DNA of 64,000 nt from assembly GCA_016748015.1 (NCBI GenBank), contig JAAOMT010000384.1, forward strand, positions 211,263 to 275,262. The letters are read 5' to 3'. Positions 22,814 to 34,404 of the stretch are shown here, one piece after another (position 1 is the first letter of the stretch; every line of letters begins with the position of its first letter). The notes under the pieces are model-generated. The model had not been told where the DNA came from and ran no database searches. It was given only the letters and a program-made list of their open reading frames with translations. The position numbers and the translations under genes were made by a program. The stretch comes from Geosiphon pyriformis uo1 (Eukaryota > Fungi > Glomeromycota).

Positions 22814-25241
22814 AAAAAAAACTCTTTCTCTCCTAAATTTCATGACCACAAATAGAGCTAAGAGTAAAAAAGTTGCAAACGTTACTTTTCCTATAGTAAC
22901 TAATAAAGTTTTAACACAAGAGGGCCTCTCTGTTATTGAAGCAGCTAGACAAAATGTTCTGGCAACATTTCCTTTAAAAAATAATAGTAATAAGCTGCCT
23001 TTAGCAGCTTCTGGTTTATTTTCTTCACCTTTGGCTGGTAGTTCTTCTTCAGTCAAAGTTTTTTCAAAAAGACACACTTGGGTTAGTCCCAGTGTTGTCT
23101 CCACTACTTCAAAAAGCCCAAAGATTTTTAATAACAGGCCAGTCAACAAGTTGGTCTTTCCTGCTCTCACTACTCCCACTATTACTTCTACTACTACTGC
23201 TTCACAAATGGCTGTAAAAGCAAAAAATCCCAAAAAACAGCAGCAGGCAGTTGCAACTGCCATGGTCACACCAAACCTCTTTGTGGTTCCAGATGAGATC
23301 TTCAGTAAGATCTTCACAGCAGCAGCCAGCTCTATTCCTGATATGGATGGCAACAGCAGCAGCACATCTCCCAAGATGGGCCAAGATCAACCACTGGCTG
23401 TGTTGCCTGATGTGGTACTCTCCAGCAGATCATCGCCAATCCCAGTAGCAAAACAGTCCATCAATCCAGATGATCTCAAAGATTGGGCTAATCAGATGGA
23501 AATGGAATCATCTGTGCCCCCCCAGTTTCTGGTGCATCTGATGCTGGTGCTTGGGAGAATGTGAATGGATGTCAAAGGTTCTCTGGTTGGGTGGCCTCCA
23601 ATCTTGTACCTGGTGCTATGTTTAAGATTAAGATGGCTTTGCTCAGTTCTTTGTTTCAGTTGATGCCTGGTTGTATTGGGCTTAAATCTGTTTCACGAGA
23701 TGCTGTCAAGTTGTTCTGTGTGGAATTTGCATCTCAGGAGTGTCTAAATGGTGCTACCAAAGTGGCCATTGGTGATGAGGTTTTTTTGACCACTCTTAAG
23801 ATTGCATGGTCTTCAGGAGTGACCTCTGTTTCTTCCTCTTCTTTGTCAGTTATACTGCGCAATGTACCCTTGGGTGCCTCTTCTGATGACATCAAATCTG
23901 CTCTTGGCGTCTTTGGCGTTGTCACTTCTGTTAAGTTGAAGCCTGCTGGCTTATGGCAATATGCTGTGATTAACTTTAAGAACATTTCTTCTGCTGCTGC
24001 TGCTCTCTCTAACTGGTCTGTGTTGGTCAGAAAAGATAGTGTTAGGATTCTTCCCATTGCCAACCAAAAGGAGGTTATCTCCTCAAGAGATGCTTTCAAA
24101 GCTAAGCTGGTTAATTTTCCATTTGGCTGCACTGCATTTAAGATAAGTGATCTGGTCTTCCAAGTTGGTGGCCATACGTGTTTCATTCCCTGCTCCCCTG
24201 ATTCCTATCAATGTCAACACTTTGCTGTGGTGACCTTTGATTCCTTGGAATCTTTAAATGCTGCTGTTTCAAAAACCAGTACCTTATGTGGCTGCCGCAT
24301 CTGGTGGGAAACTCCTGGATGTCATCACTGCTATAGATGTCAAAGTTTGGATCATTTGGCTGTGGACTGCAAGGTGTTGCCACCTCTCCCTCCCAAACTC
24401 TTCTAATTCCGCTGGTGGTCCCGCCTTTCTCAAGTCATCTCTTGTTGGAGCTAAATTCTACGCCAAAGCTGCCACCTCTGTGGTTCCTCCTGTTGCTGCT
24501 GCTGCTAATATGGGTCTGGCTTTCAGTACCTCCTCCAAAGTTGTGGTGCCACTGTTGCCGGTTGCCTCCTCTGGTTCAGATGTTGCTGTTAATGCTAGAT
24601 TGGCTTCTCTGGAAACCCAACTTAGTGAGCTGTCTTTGTTGATCAAATCTATAGTTGAGCCTGTGAGTTCTTTGGTTGCATTGGTTACTACGTTATTGTC
24701 TACTCCACCAGTTATAGCAGAGACAATGAAGGAAAGTGTGATTGGATTGGGAAACCAAATTAAGGCTGTTTGTGCTGTGGCTTCTGTGCTACAAAAGGAA
24801 ATGGGGGCCCTCAAGTTGAGGAGTGAGAAGGTACACTATAACATATCTGATGATGAAGACATGGATGATGATGATGATGATGGTAATGTTAAAGATTTTT
24901 TGGTCTATGATAATACATTTGATGCAATGATGGAGTTATGAGAGGTTCAATCCTCTAATATCAAGTCCGATCCAGATCAGACAGCTAAGTGGATGAGCAG
25001 TCTCGTTAAGAGTAGTCATAAACTGGTATGCATTATGGGTAAGATGTATGAATTAGATATGTTTAATACATTAGGTAGCAAAGGTAGTACTAGCATGTAG
25101 TTAGGGCTTTCCACTTGTGGTTAGCCGCATCTTGTAATATGTATTATTGGGTGAACTGGCTTTATGAAACCGCCACATTACTGTGGACTAACTAATAAAC
25201 AACCGGTGTGGCTACATGTTAACAAAAAAAAAAAAAAAAAA
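22814..25241 (+). mobile_element. ORF1-only non-autonomous non-LTR element H1 (half-LINE-like), complete
   Basis: ~20-23 bp TSD (22791-22810 / 25242-25261), poly(A), LINE-like 3' tail, single ORF1-like gene, no EN/RT. Confidence 0.88.
22842..25100 (+). pseudogene. H1 ORF1-like protein (~750 aa reconstructed): S/T/P-rich N-term, RRM-like repeats, CCHC knuckle, coiled coil, acidic tract, conserved C-terminal domain
   Basis: VILRNVPLG..DDIKSALGVFGVV..WQYAVINF, AKLVNFPFGC, CYRCQSLDHLAVDC; ORF pieces 22773-23564, 23561-24406, 24258-24941; ends KGSTSM*. Confidence 0.8.
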
Positions 25242-25515
25242 TACACTTGAGAACATCTGTTGTATAGCATCTCTGCTGTCAGTAGCATGTTGTGAAATGA
25301 TTTCATGATAAATGTTCTTATTGCTGAGGAACCAGCTGAGATGAAGCCTGAAGACATTTTACCATCCCAGTTCCAAATTTTGGTTGTGCACTCCCAGTCT
25401 ATCTCCTGGTCTAAGGTCCCCAATGTTTTACATACTTTGCTATTTCTCATCCAATCCAAAGCTGCTTGAAGCCCAGTCTGTTGGCCCAGAAAATGTCTAA
25501 TATTCAGATCTAATT

Positions 25516-27915
25516 TTTTTTTTTATGTTAATGTGTACCCACACTGATTGTTTATTAGTTTTGTCCAACAATAAAGTTGGCACTTTCATAAAGCCAGCTC
25601 ACCCAATAATACAAAGTTTACAAGATGTGGCTAACCACTTAATGGAAAGCCCTAACTACATGCTAGTACTATCTTTGCTACTTAATGTATCAAACATTTC
25701 TAATTCGTACATCTTACCCATAATGCTAACAAGCTCATGACTATTTTTAACCATACTACTCATCCACTTAGCAGTCTGATCAGGACTGGATTTAATACTG
25801 GAAGACTGATCTTCCCATAGGTGCATCATGACATTTATAAACTGAAAAATCTTTATCTTCATCATCATCATTATCAACATCATCAACCATCTCATCAACA
25901 TCTGATCTATTCTCCAAGCAAATCCGTTCACTTATTGTCTCAAGACATGTTAATCTTTTCTATATCACAGTGGCAACAGCAGCCAAGCCTTTATTTTGCT
26001 TAGCCAACCCATCTACACATTCCTTAACTGACACATTCATGGCAGATGGAGTAGACAGCAATTTGGTAACCAATGCAACCAGAGCACCAACAGGTTCAAC
26101 CAAGGATTTAATCAACACAAATAGTTCACTAAGGTGGAATTCAAGAGAATTCAACCTAGATTCAACAGCAGTATTGGGAACAGAGGAAACAGCAGGCAAC
26201 ACAGGTGTTGTAGTTTCAGGAGAACCACCAAGATCCAATTCCATATCAGCAGCAGCAGCACCAGGAGGAACCACAAAAACAGCAGCCTTGGCATAAGATT
26301 TAGATCCAACAAATGAAATTTTTGGGGCCACCAAAGGTAGAAGAGGCAACTTCTTGCAGTCCACAGCAAAATGATTCAAGTCTTGATACCTGTAGTAGCA
26401 GTGACACCCAGGAGTTTCCCACCAGATGCAACAACCACGCAAGGTACCAGTTTTTAACACAGCAACATTCAGAGATTCCAAAGAATCAAAAGTAACCACA
26501 GCAAAGCATTGACGTCAATAAGATTCAGAGGAGTGAGGAATGAAACATGTATGGCTACCAACTTGGGAGACCAAATCACTTATCTCAAAGGCAGTACAGC
26601 CAAATGGAAGATTGACTAACTTAGCTTTGAATGCATCTCTTGAGGAAATAACCTCCTTTTGGTTGGCAACAAGAAGAATCCTAACACTATCTTTTTTGAC
26701 CAATACAGACCAGTTAGAGAGAGCAGCAGCAGCAGAAGAAATGTCCTTAAAATTAACCACAGCATATTGCCATAAGCCAGCAGGCTTCAACTTAACAGAA
26801 GTGACAACGCCAAAAATGCCAAGAGCAGTTTTGATGTCATCAGAAGAGGTACCCAAAGGTATGTCACGCAGTGCAACTGACAAGAAAGGGAAGAAACAGA
26901 GGCCACACCAGAAGACCATGCAATCTTAAGAGTGGTCAAAAACACCTCATCACTAATGGCCACTTTGGTGGCACCATTTAGACACTCCTGAGATGCAAAT
27001 TCTACACAGAACAACTTAACAGCATCTTGTGAAACTGACTTAAGCCTAATACAACCAGGCAGTAACTGAAACAAAGAACCAAGCAGGGCCATTTTGATCT
27101 TGAATGTAGCTCTAGGTACTAGATTGGAGGCCACCCAACCAGAGAACCTCTGATAACCATTCACATTTTCCCAAACACTACCATTAGCAGCACCAGAAAC
27201 TGGGGGAGGGACAGTTGATTCCATTTCCATCTGATCAGCCCAATCTTTGAGATCATCTGAATTGATGAACTGTTTTGCTACTGGGATTGGTGATGATCTG
27301 CTGGAGATTACCACATCAGACAATATAGCCAGTGGTTGATCTTGGCCCATCTTGGGAGATGTGTCACTGCTGTTGCCATCCATATCAGAAAGAGGGCTGG
27401 CTGCTGCTCTGGAGATCTTACTGAAGATCTCATCTGAAACCACAAAGGGGTTCAGTGCAACCATAGCAATTGTGACTGCCTGCTGCTGTTTTTTGGAATT
27501 TTTGGCTTTTGCAGTCATTTGTAAAGCAAAAATAGTAGTAGTAGTAGTAGTGGGAGTGGTGAGAGCAGGAAAGACCAACTTGTTGACTGGTCTGTTATTA
27601 AAAATCTTTGGACTTTTTGAAGTAGTGAAGACAACACTGGGACTAACCTGAGTGTGTCTTTTTGAAGAAACTTTGACTGGAGAAGAACTACCAGCCAAAG
27701 GTAAAGAAAATGAACCAGAAGCTGCTAAAGGCAGCTTATTACTATTATTTTTTAAAGGAAATGTTGCCAAAACGTTTTGTCTAGCTGCTTTAATAACAGA
27801 GAGACCCTCTTGTGTTGAAACTTTATTAGTCACTATAGGAAAAGTAACATTTGCAACTTTTTTACTCTTAGCTCTATTCGTGGTCATGAAATTTAGGAGA
27901 GAAATTGTTTTTTTC
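25516..27915 (-). mobile_element. ORF1-only element H2, complete
   Basis: 13-bp TSD TTCAGATC(T/C)AATT (25503-25515 / 27916-27928), poly(T), same 5' end and ORF as H1 (ATG 27887, stop 25656). Confidence 0.88.
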
Positions 27916-30900
27916 TTCAGATCCAATTCCACTCCTTCACAAAGGGAAATGTAGCTAATGTCCTTATTGCTGTAGGCCCACCCTATTGTGGCTAAAGCAG
28001 TAGCTTCTTTGGCAAGTTTGTTAGCCATCTCATTTTCAGTTATATCAGTGTGTGCAGCCACTTTGTTTATGGTGAGATCAATTCTCTTTTCACTTATTAC
28101 AGCTTTGATTGCATTCCATGTGCACCAGTTAGAGGTTTTGAGCTGATTCCTAACAGACAGAGAAGAATCTTTGGACAACCACTTCTGAGCTGTTGACACT
28201 ACTGCTTGGCTATCTGTGTTTAATGTCAGTTTACATTTGTAAGAGACTGCTTCCAAAGCCAATAGTACAGCTTTTGTCTCAGTTTTTGTTGATGATAATG
28301 TCCTGTCAACTGTTATGCCAAAGTTGGCATCAATTCCATGTGTCACAAAGGCAGCTGTTCCTTTAGTATCCTTAGAACCAGCTTTTACCAGTGAGCCATC
28401 AGTTGATATTTCTATTTTTTTTCTGAGTCTTAACTTTTCTCATATGCTCCTCTATTGTGATATTAAAGTTTCTGGAATTTGGATGTAAATAGAGTCCCTT
28501 TGTATCATTTCCAGATCATCTGGTATTTGATTATCAATCTTTTGCATTCCCATTGCTTCACATTGTGCTACATCAATGTTTCTGTGTTCATCCATGATGA
28601 TTGTAGACTCTAATATCTTAAACCAATTGGATATTCTATCATTGTCACTCTGTCTGTATCTTCTTGTGAAGTCCATCCATGTCATTAATGATCCATCCCT
28701 GTTTTGCACTTGATGCAAATACAAAATGTTTTTCTTCCTTAGTAAGCCTCTAACTTTGGTGTAAATTGCACATGAAGCTATAGTGGTTTCAATTAAGTAT
28801 GCTTGTGGTCTTGAAGATTCAGATATCCCATCTGTGTTACCAGAGCTTTTGAGTGAGATGCCCCTTTCCCTCATAATCTGCATGATATTGCCTTTAAGAT
28901 TAGCCCCTGGCTTAGATCATTCATCAGTGGGATATTCAAGTATACTATGAGCTGACCATTTTTGTGCCTGTAAGTTGGCTAGTCTGATTTTGGTAGTCAT
29001 TCCAGCAATATCATTACTGTTCAATCTAACTAACAAATCTGTGATCTTGCTTTTTGCTTGTATATCATCAATTTTAAACAAGTTATACAAGGATGAGTGA
29101 TGCATGGCACTGGCTGGGAAATCTACTAAAAGTCTAGCCTTTTTCTTTACAGTGGCTGAGATCTTCGAAGTCCATCTTCTGGTCCAACTATTTGGAATAT
29201 GGGTCAATTGAGATCTAAATTCTATTGCTGGACTTAGTATACTGTTGAAAATGTAGATCACCTGCTTTTCAGTAATGTGTTTTTCCTAATAACTCCACAC
29301 ACTGCTTTAATGTCAGATCCAATCATTTTTAGTACAGTTTCATTTTTCCCATTAGCTCTGATCCACACTCCCAAATATCTGGTACATGTAGACGGATCCA
29401 GCAGTTTCAGAGGTTGTTTGTTTGACCCAAATATCAGTGGCTCAACTGCCACTGATTTTTTCTTAGAGGATCTGACCACTATTATTTCAGTCTTATCCAA
29501 GTTGATCTCAATGTCCACCATTCTAAAGAAGAAGCTGGCTGTGTCTAGAATACTCTGTATTCCCTGTCTTGAGTTTGCTATCTACACGGTGTCGTCAACA
29601 AAGGCAAGGTGATTTACTGATACCAACAGGGATTGTGTGTCCATATGATTGTCCCACTTTTTCTACTCAGCTGTTAGTTTGTACCCTTGGCTATAATTGG
29701 TCTCTTTCACTTCACACAGTAAGGGGTCATAAAAAATCCTTTACATAATGGGTGAGCTTGTTTCCCCCTGATCTAGCCCATCTTATACATGATATTCATT
29801 ACTTAATCCAAATTTGGTTATGATTCTATTACTTCTGTTGTTATGCATCAAGCCAAACAGTTTAGTAAACCTATTGTTTATTTTAGTGCAGCTTCCATGG
29901 ATTTCCAACCAACTGAATCATATGCCTTTTTCATGTCCTGAAATGTAAACCAGTCCTTATTACCAAATTCTCTTGCATGCTCAGCTACAGCATTAATTAC
30001 ATGAATTGGCACAGCTGTAGAGGTATTCTTTAAAAGTGAGGTGTTGTAACCTTTTAGGACATTGTGTAGCTCACATGCTTTTGATATTCTTACAGTTAGA
30101 ATCTTTGTTAAAATTTTTCTGGTACTTTCAATAAATGTGATCGGTCTGGTGATGTCAATATTGCCACCCCATTTTTTTGGCTTTGGAATTAGTATGACTT
30201 GTGCTATTCTCCATTCCTCTGGCATGTTTGCCAATTCTATGCATGTATTAAGCAATGTTCTCAGTTTGGACTTGGTGTTAGGCCCAGCTTTCCTCCAGAG
30301 CTCAGCTTGAATGCCTGATGGGCCAGGGGCTTTGTTGTGAGATGTGTGACTTAGTATGTGTTCAAATTCTTCATTTGTTATTTCAGTCATCACACCATCA
30401 AAGGCATGATCTGGAATGCTGTCAATTGGCTTAAACCTGTTTTCCCAACTTTTCCATAGCTCAGGTTCAAGAATTCTTGTTCTAGTCCAACCTTGAGCTT
30501 TTTTGTTTACCAGCTTTTTGATTTCATCAAGATTGTCATGAAATTTGCCTTCTTCAATGACATGGTCTAGTACTATTCTTTGTCAAAATGCTTTTGATCA
30601 TTGCTCTTTTGTTTAGTTCAAAGTTTTGTTGTCTTTTGATGATATTGTCTATGATCTGTCTCTGCTGTTGTAGCCTGATTCTAGCTTGCAGTGTTGATCT
30701 GTATTCTTTCTTGATGCTGATTAATTCTGTAATAAGCTTATCTTTTGGAAGAGTTATCAGATATGCAGTTACTGTATCAGGTTTCAGCTGTTTCCATTTA
30801 GCCAACAACTGCATAACATTGTTATCATGCATATCTGTATTGTTTACTCTTATTTGTTTGATTATATCAGCAATAATCTTAACAAGTTTGTGATTCATGC

Positions 30901-33900
30901 ATTTTTTCTTAGTGTGTATAGATTGGGCTCCCACTTTCCTTTTTGGTAGGCAGTCAGCAGCTTGTAACACAGTCTTCTTGATTGTAAGCCACATCTGGTT
31001 TAGATTATCATTGCAGTTATCTACTGATTTTTTTTGTGCTTCATCTGTCAATTGATCAGTTTCTCTTGCATAGATTTCCCATTGTACCCCAGATGTTTTT
31101 TTAACATCAATTATAGTCATGCTACTTTTTTTTCTTCCAGATCTGATTCTGTCAGATCAGAACATTGTTATTACTGCTTTGTGATCAGTGCTAAATGATT
31201 TATTAACATCTACCACCCCAATATTTGTAACCATTGAGGCTGTAACTACATCAGTAAACACATAGTCTAATCTTCTTTGTACTCCATTTGATGCCCATGT
31301 CTTTTCTGGATTGTTTATTGTATAAGCTCCATGTGTGTTCACCAAATTCATATGTTGCAATGTTGTAGCAGTAGGATAGGCTTTGACCTTATTTGTAGCA
31401 AATGTTTCCTCAAGTGATTTGGATGACATATCTTCATTCAAATCACCTGCAACTATGATTATCTCTTTGTTTTGCACAATGTCTCCCAAAAGTTTTCTGA
31501 TCTCCTTTGCTACTGCCTTCTCAGTAGGTAATTTGGAAGCAGACATATACAACCCTACTATATGCACACTGATTCTACTCCTAAATTTCAACACCAAATG
31601 TAACAGCCTCCCATAATATCCCTTGATTGTTTCCACATGGTGCATCCCATTTGTTTCTCAGCACTTGACTTCCAAAAGATGTGGTATTTATCAGAGCCAA
31701 AAAATACTCCCTTTTCTTTGGTAGGAGTTAGTTTAGTTTCTGTAATAATTATGAAGTCAAATTATTCTCCAATACATCATTGTAGCACCTTTTCAGCTTT
31801 GCCAACTTTCCAAGTATTGATGTTGGAATAGTTCTGTTCTGTGTTGGGATCAGGTGTGCTACACATCATCTGTTTCTATAAGTTTAGATTCCCCAGCAGC
31901 AGGATCGCCCCAGCCACCCTGTTTTTTTACTTGCTTTAGCAACTCCAGAATGGGTTCCAATGTTTCTTTAATTATCCTAATTTCCCTCTCTGGATCATAT
32001 GCCTCTTTTTTCTCTTCCAGGTCAGACTTAGATGTAGTGCTCTGGCTTAGTACCCTGGTCTCTGCCTCTTTTTTTTTTCTGAGATGTTACTTTGCTGTTG
32101 AGCAACCAATATGTCTTTTTCTTTTTCTACTGTTACTCCAAGCTTGGCAGTCACAGCACTCAGCAGTTTGGCCATTTCATTAATCTGTTGTCTCAATTTA
32201 TCAATTTCAGCCTTCCATGGTTGGTTGATCCCCTTTTTTGGTTGTTCTTCTTTATTGTTCACTTGTAGACCAGTTCTTGGAGATCTGTTTGAGTTTGTGT
32301 TATTTAGCTTATGAGGTAGTCTGAGTGCAGCCATTTCAGCATATGATTTTCTACCAAAGCCTTTAATGGATTCCTCTGGAACATTCTTTCTAACATACAG
32401 TTTTGCCAATCTAATATTGTTGGTAGCTTTCTTTGTATCTCCTTCCTTCTTCTTGTGTAGAATTGGACATTTGGAGACCAAATGCCCTACTTGGTAACAA
32501 AAGTGACACTCTTTGGCATCAGTAGGTACCCAATGCACCAATGTGTCTCCAATTACTAAGGGCTTTTTGGTAGCACTGTTGTGGCTGGCTTCACTGTCAA
32601 ATCCTATGTAAGCACAGCCCATCCTTGTGTAATTCTTGCTAGTTCTTGGGATAAAGCAAAATTGGGCTTTGATCTGGTCCAGTGTGGTGCTCAAGTAGTG
32701 AGCAGTACAATTTTGTGGTAAGCCCACCAATTTAGCTTCCCAGGTTTTTCTCTGCTCAACAACTTTTTGGGTTCCAATCATTGGGTAAATTCTAACTGCA
32801 TCCTTCTGACCATGGTTGACCATTGGTTTATGGCTTTGGTTGCCTCTTCCTGGTTGTTATACTCGACCACAGCTGATTGCCATTTTCCAGTCACTTTTAG
32901 TTAGACTTTTTTAACTTCACCAAATTCTTTCATGGCAGTTCCTACTTCTCTATCTGAAATTCTTAAGGGAATATCTCTCACCAGGACATTCCTTTGGCCT
33001 GTCATCAGGTTGGTAATGCCATCAGTAGCCATCAAAAAAGATTCTATTTCTTTATTTGTTAGGACTTTTCTGGCCTGATCTCTTCTAGCCACTTAAGAGA
33101 AATTCATTCTGATTTCTTGGTTTTTTGTCATCACAGCTCCCAAGAAGTAGCTGACATCTCCCAGCAGGTTGTAAATCCATCCCACCTTTTTTTCCATGTT
33201 TTTTTCCAGTATATCTAATGTCTGCACAAAGAGCACATGTCTCTTTGTTCCATGAACCACAGTTTTCTATTCTTCCTTGTAGTTTGGTTCCATGAACATG
33301 GGTTTTTTGCCAAGTGATTTACTCTTATATTGGCCTGGACTTGGACTTGCTATTCTGCTAGACAAGCCCAATTCAGAGTCTTCCATGTCCTCTGCAGTGT
33401 TATTCATATTGGCCTTATCTTTGTTTGCAACAAATAAATTGTTCATTTGCTCCTCATTTTCCGCCACAGAATTTCCACTGTTAATCCTGTCCAAAATATT
33501 AAGATTGCACTTTCTCAAAGCAGCTTCTATTTGTGCAGCTCTTTTACTGTCTTCTTTAGGTGTTTTTGAAGGTCTATCCATTTTTTTCAGAGACTTTGAG
33601 GCCCCCTTTTCACCAGTCCAAGCTTTCATTTGGAATTTGTTGCTATTTCCTCCTTTGTTGAATATTGGTTGTAAAACAAAGTTGTTGGTTTGTGTTGTTA
33701 TGTTTTCGGATGAGTCTTCTTCAATTATTTGGTTGAATTTCTCAGTTAACCCTTTTATGCTTATTCTTCCAATGTGTCTGTACTTTTTGTCAGTTTTTTC
33801 TTCTAGTCTGTTGCCTGTTGTTGGAGAAAAGTCTGCCACTTGCCTATGTGGAGCTGTTTTTTTTGCTGTGTTAGCAATTCTGAAAGGTGTGTTGTCTTCA

Positions 33901-34263
33901 CTACTTGTGTTTACACTTCCAAATTGTCTGTTGTCAGTTTCAAATCTGAATGGAGGTGTAGTAGGCTTAGCAGTTTCCACTGTTGTCAGTTTATGTGAAA
34001 TTGTGTTGTTTTTTTCTTTATCTGTAGCAGAAGCTATGTTTAATTCTACTTGGTTATTATTTTTAATAGTCTTTTCACTTATACTTCTTTGGATGACTGG
34101 TGTCACTTTATTAAAGGTGTAGTTGTCAGACACTTTTAAGTCTGTTGTGTTAATAATAATATATTATGTTTTAAAGGTCTCTTTGCAAAAAACTTAATTT
34201 CCAAATTTAAGGCATAGTAAATTGTATGATAGCAGTCAAAGAGAGAAAAAAAGTTTTTTTTTT

Positions 34264-34404
34264 GATCAGGTCAATGATCAGGTCAATGGTCAGATTATTG
34301 ATCAGGTCAATGATCACTTACTAAAAATAGAGTGGCTAATTTATGTGACATTAGTGGCTAATACATGTGATAATTAATAAGAAGTATAAGTTTCAACCAT
34401 AATA
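34264..34404 (-). repeat. Family B LTR, 5' ~140 bp, interrupted by LINE 5' end
   Basis: Reverse complement of LTR start with ATTGACCTGATC repeats; no PPT upstream so 5' or solo LTR. Confidence 0.85.

Larger units (their letters stand above)
22037..34263 (-). mobile_element. LINE copy L3, full length (~7.4 kb after removing two inserts), decayed
   Basis: Poly(T) at 22037, ORF2 stop 22178, zinc knuckle, RNase H ~27950-28420, RT, APE, ORF2 ATG 31869, ORF1 31859-34133, 5' signature ~34240-34263. Confidence 0.93.

Noticed and set aside
22451-23374. Long hydrophobic antisense ORFs (also 14362-14943, 33292-34122, 3838-4173, 40358-40900)
   Set aside because: Shadows of compositionally skewed sense strands; some cross element junctions; no motifs
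26787-28346. 519-aa ORF resembling an RNase H-ORF1 fusion gene
   Set aside because: It crosses the H2 insertion junction and TSD at 27915; a chance in-frame join of LINE RNase H with H2
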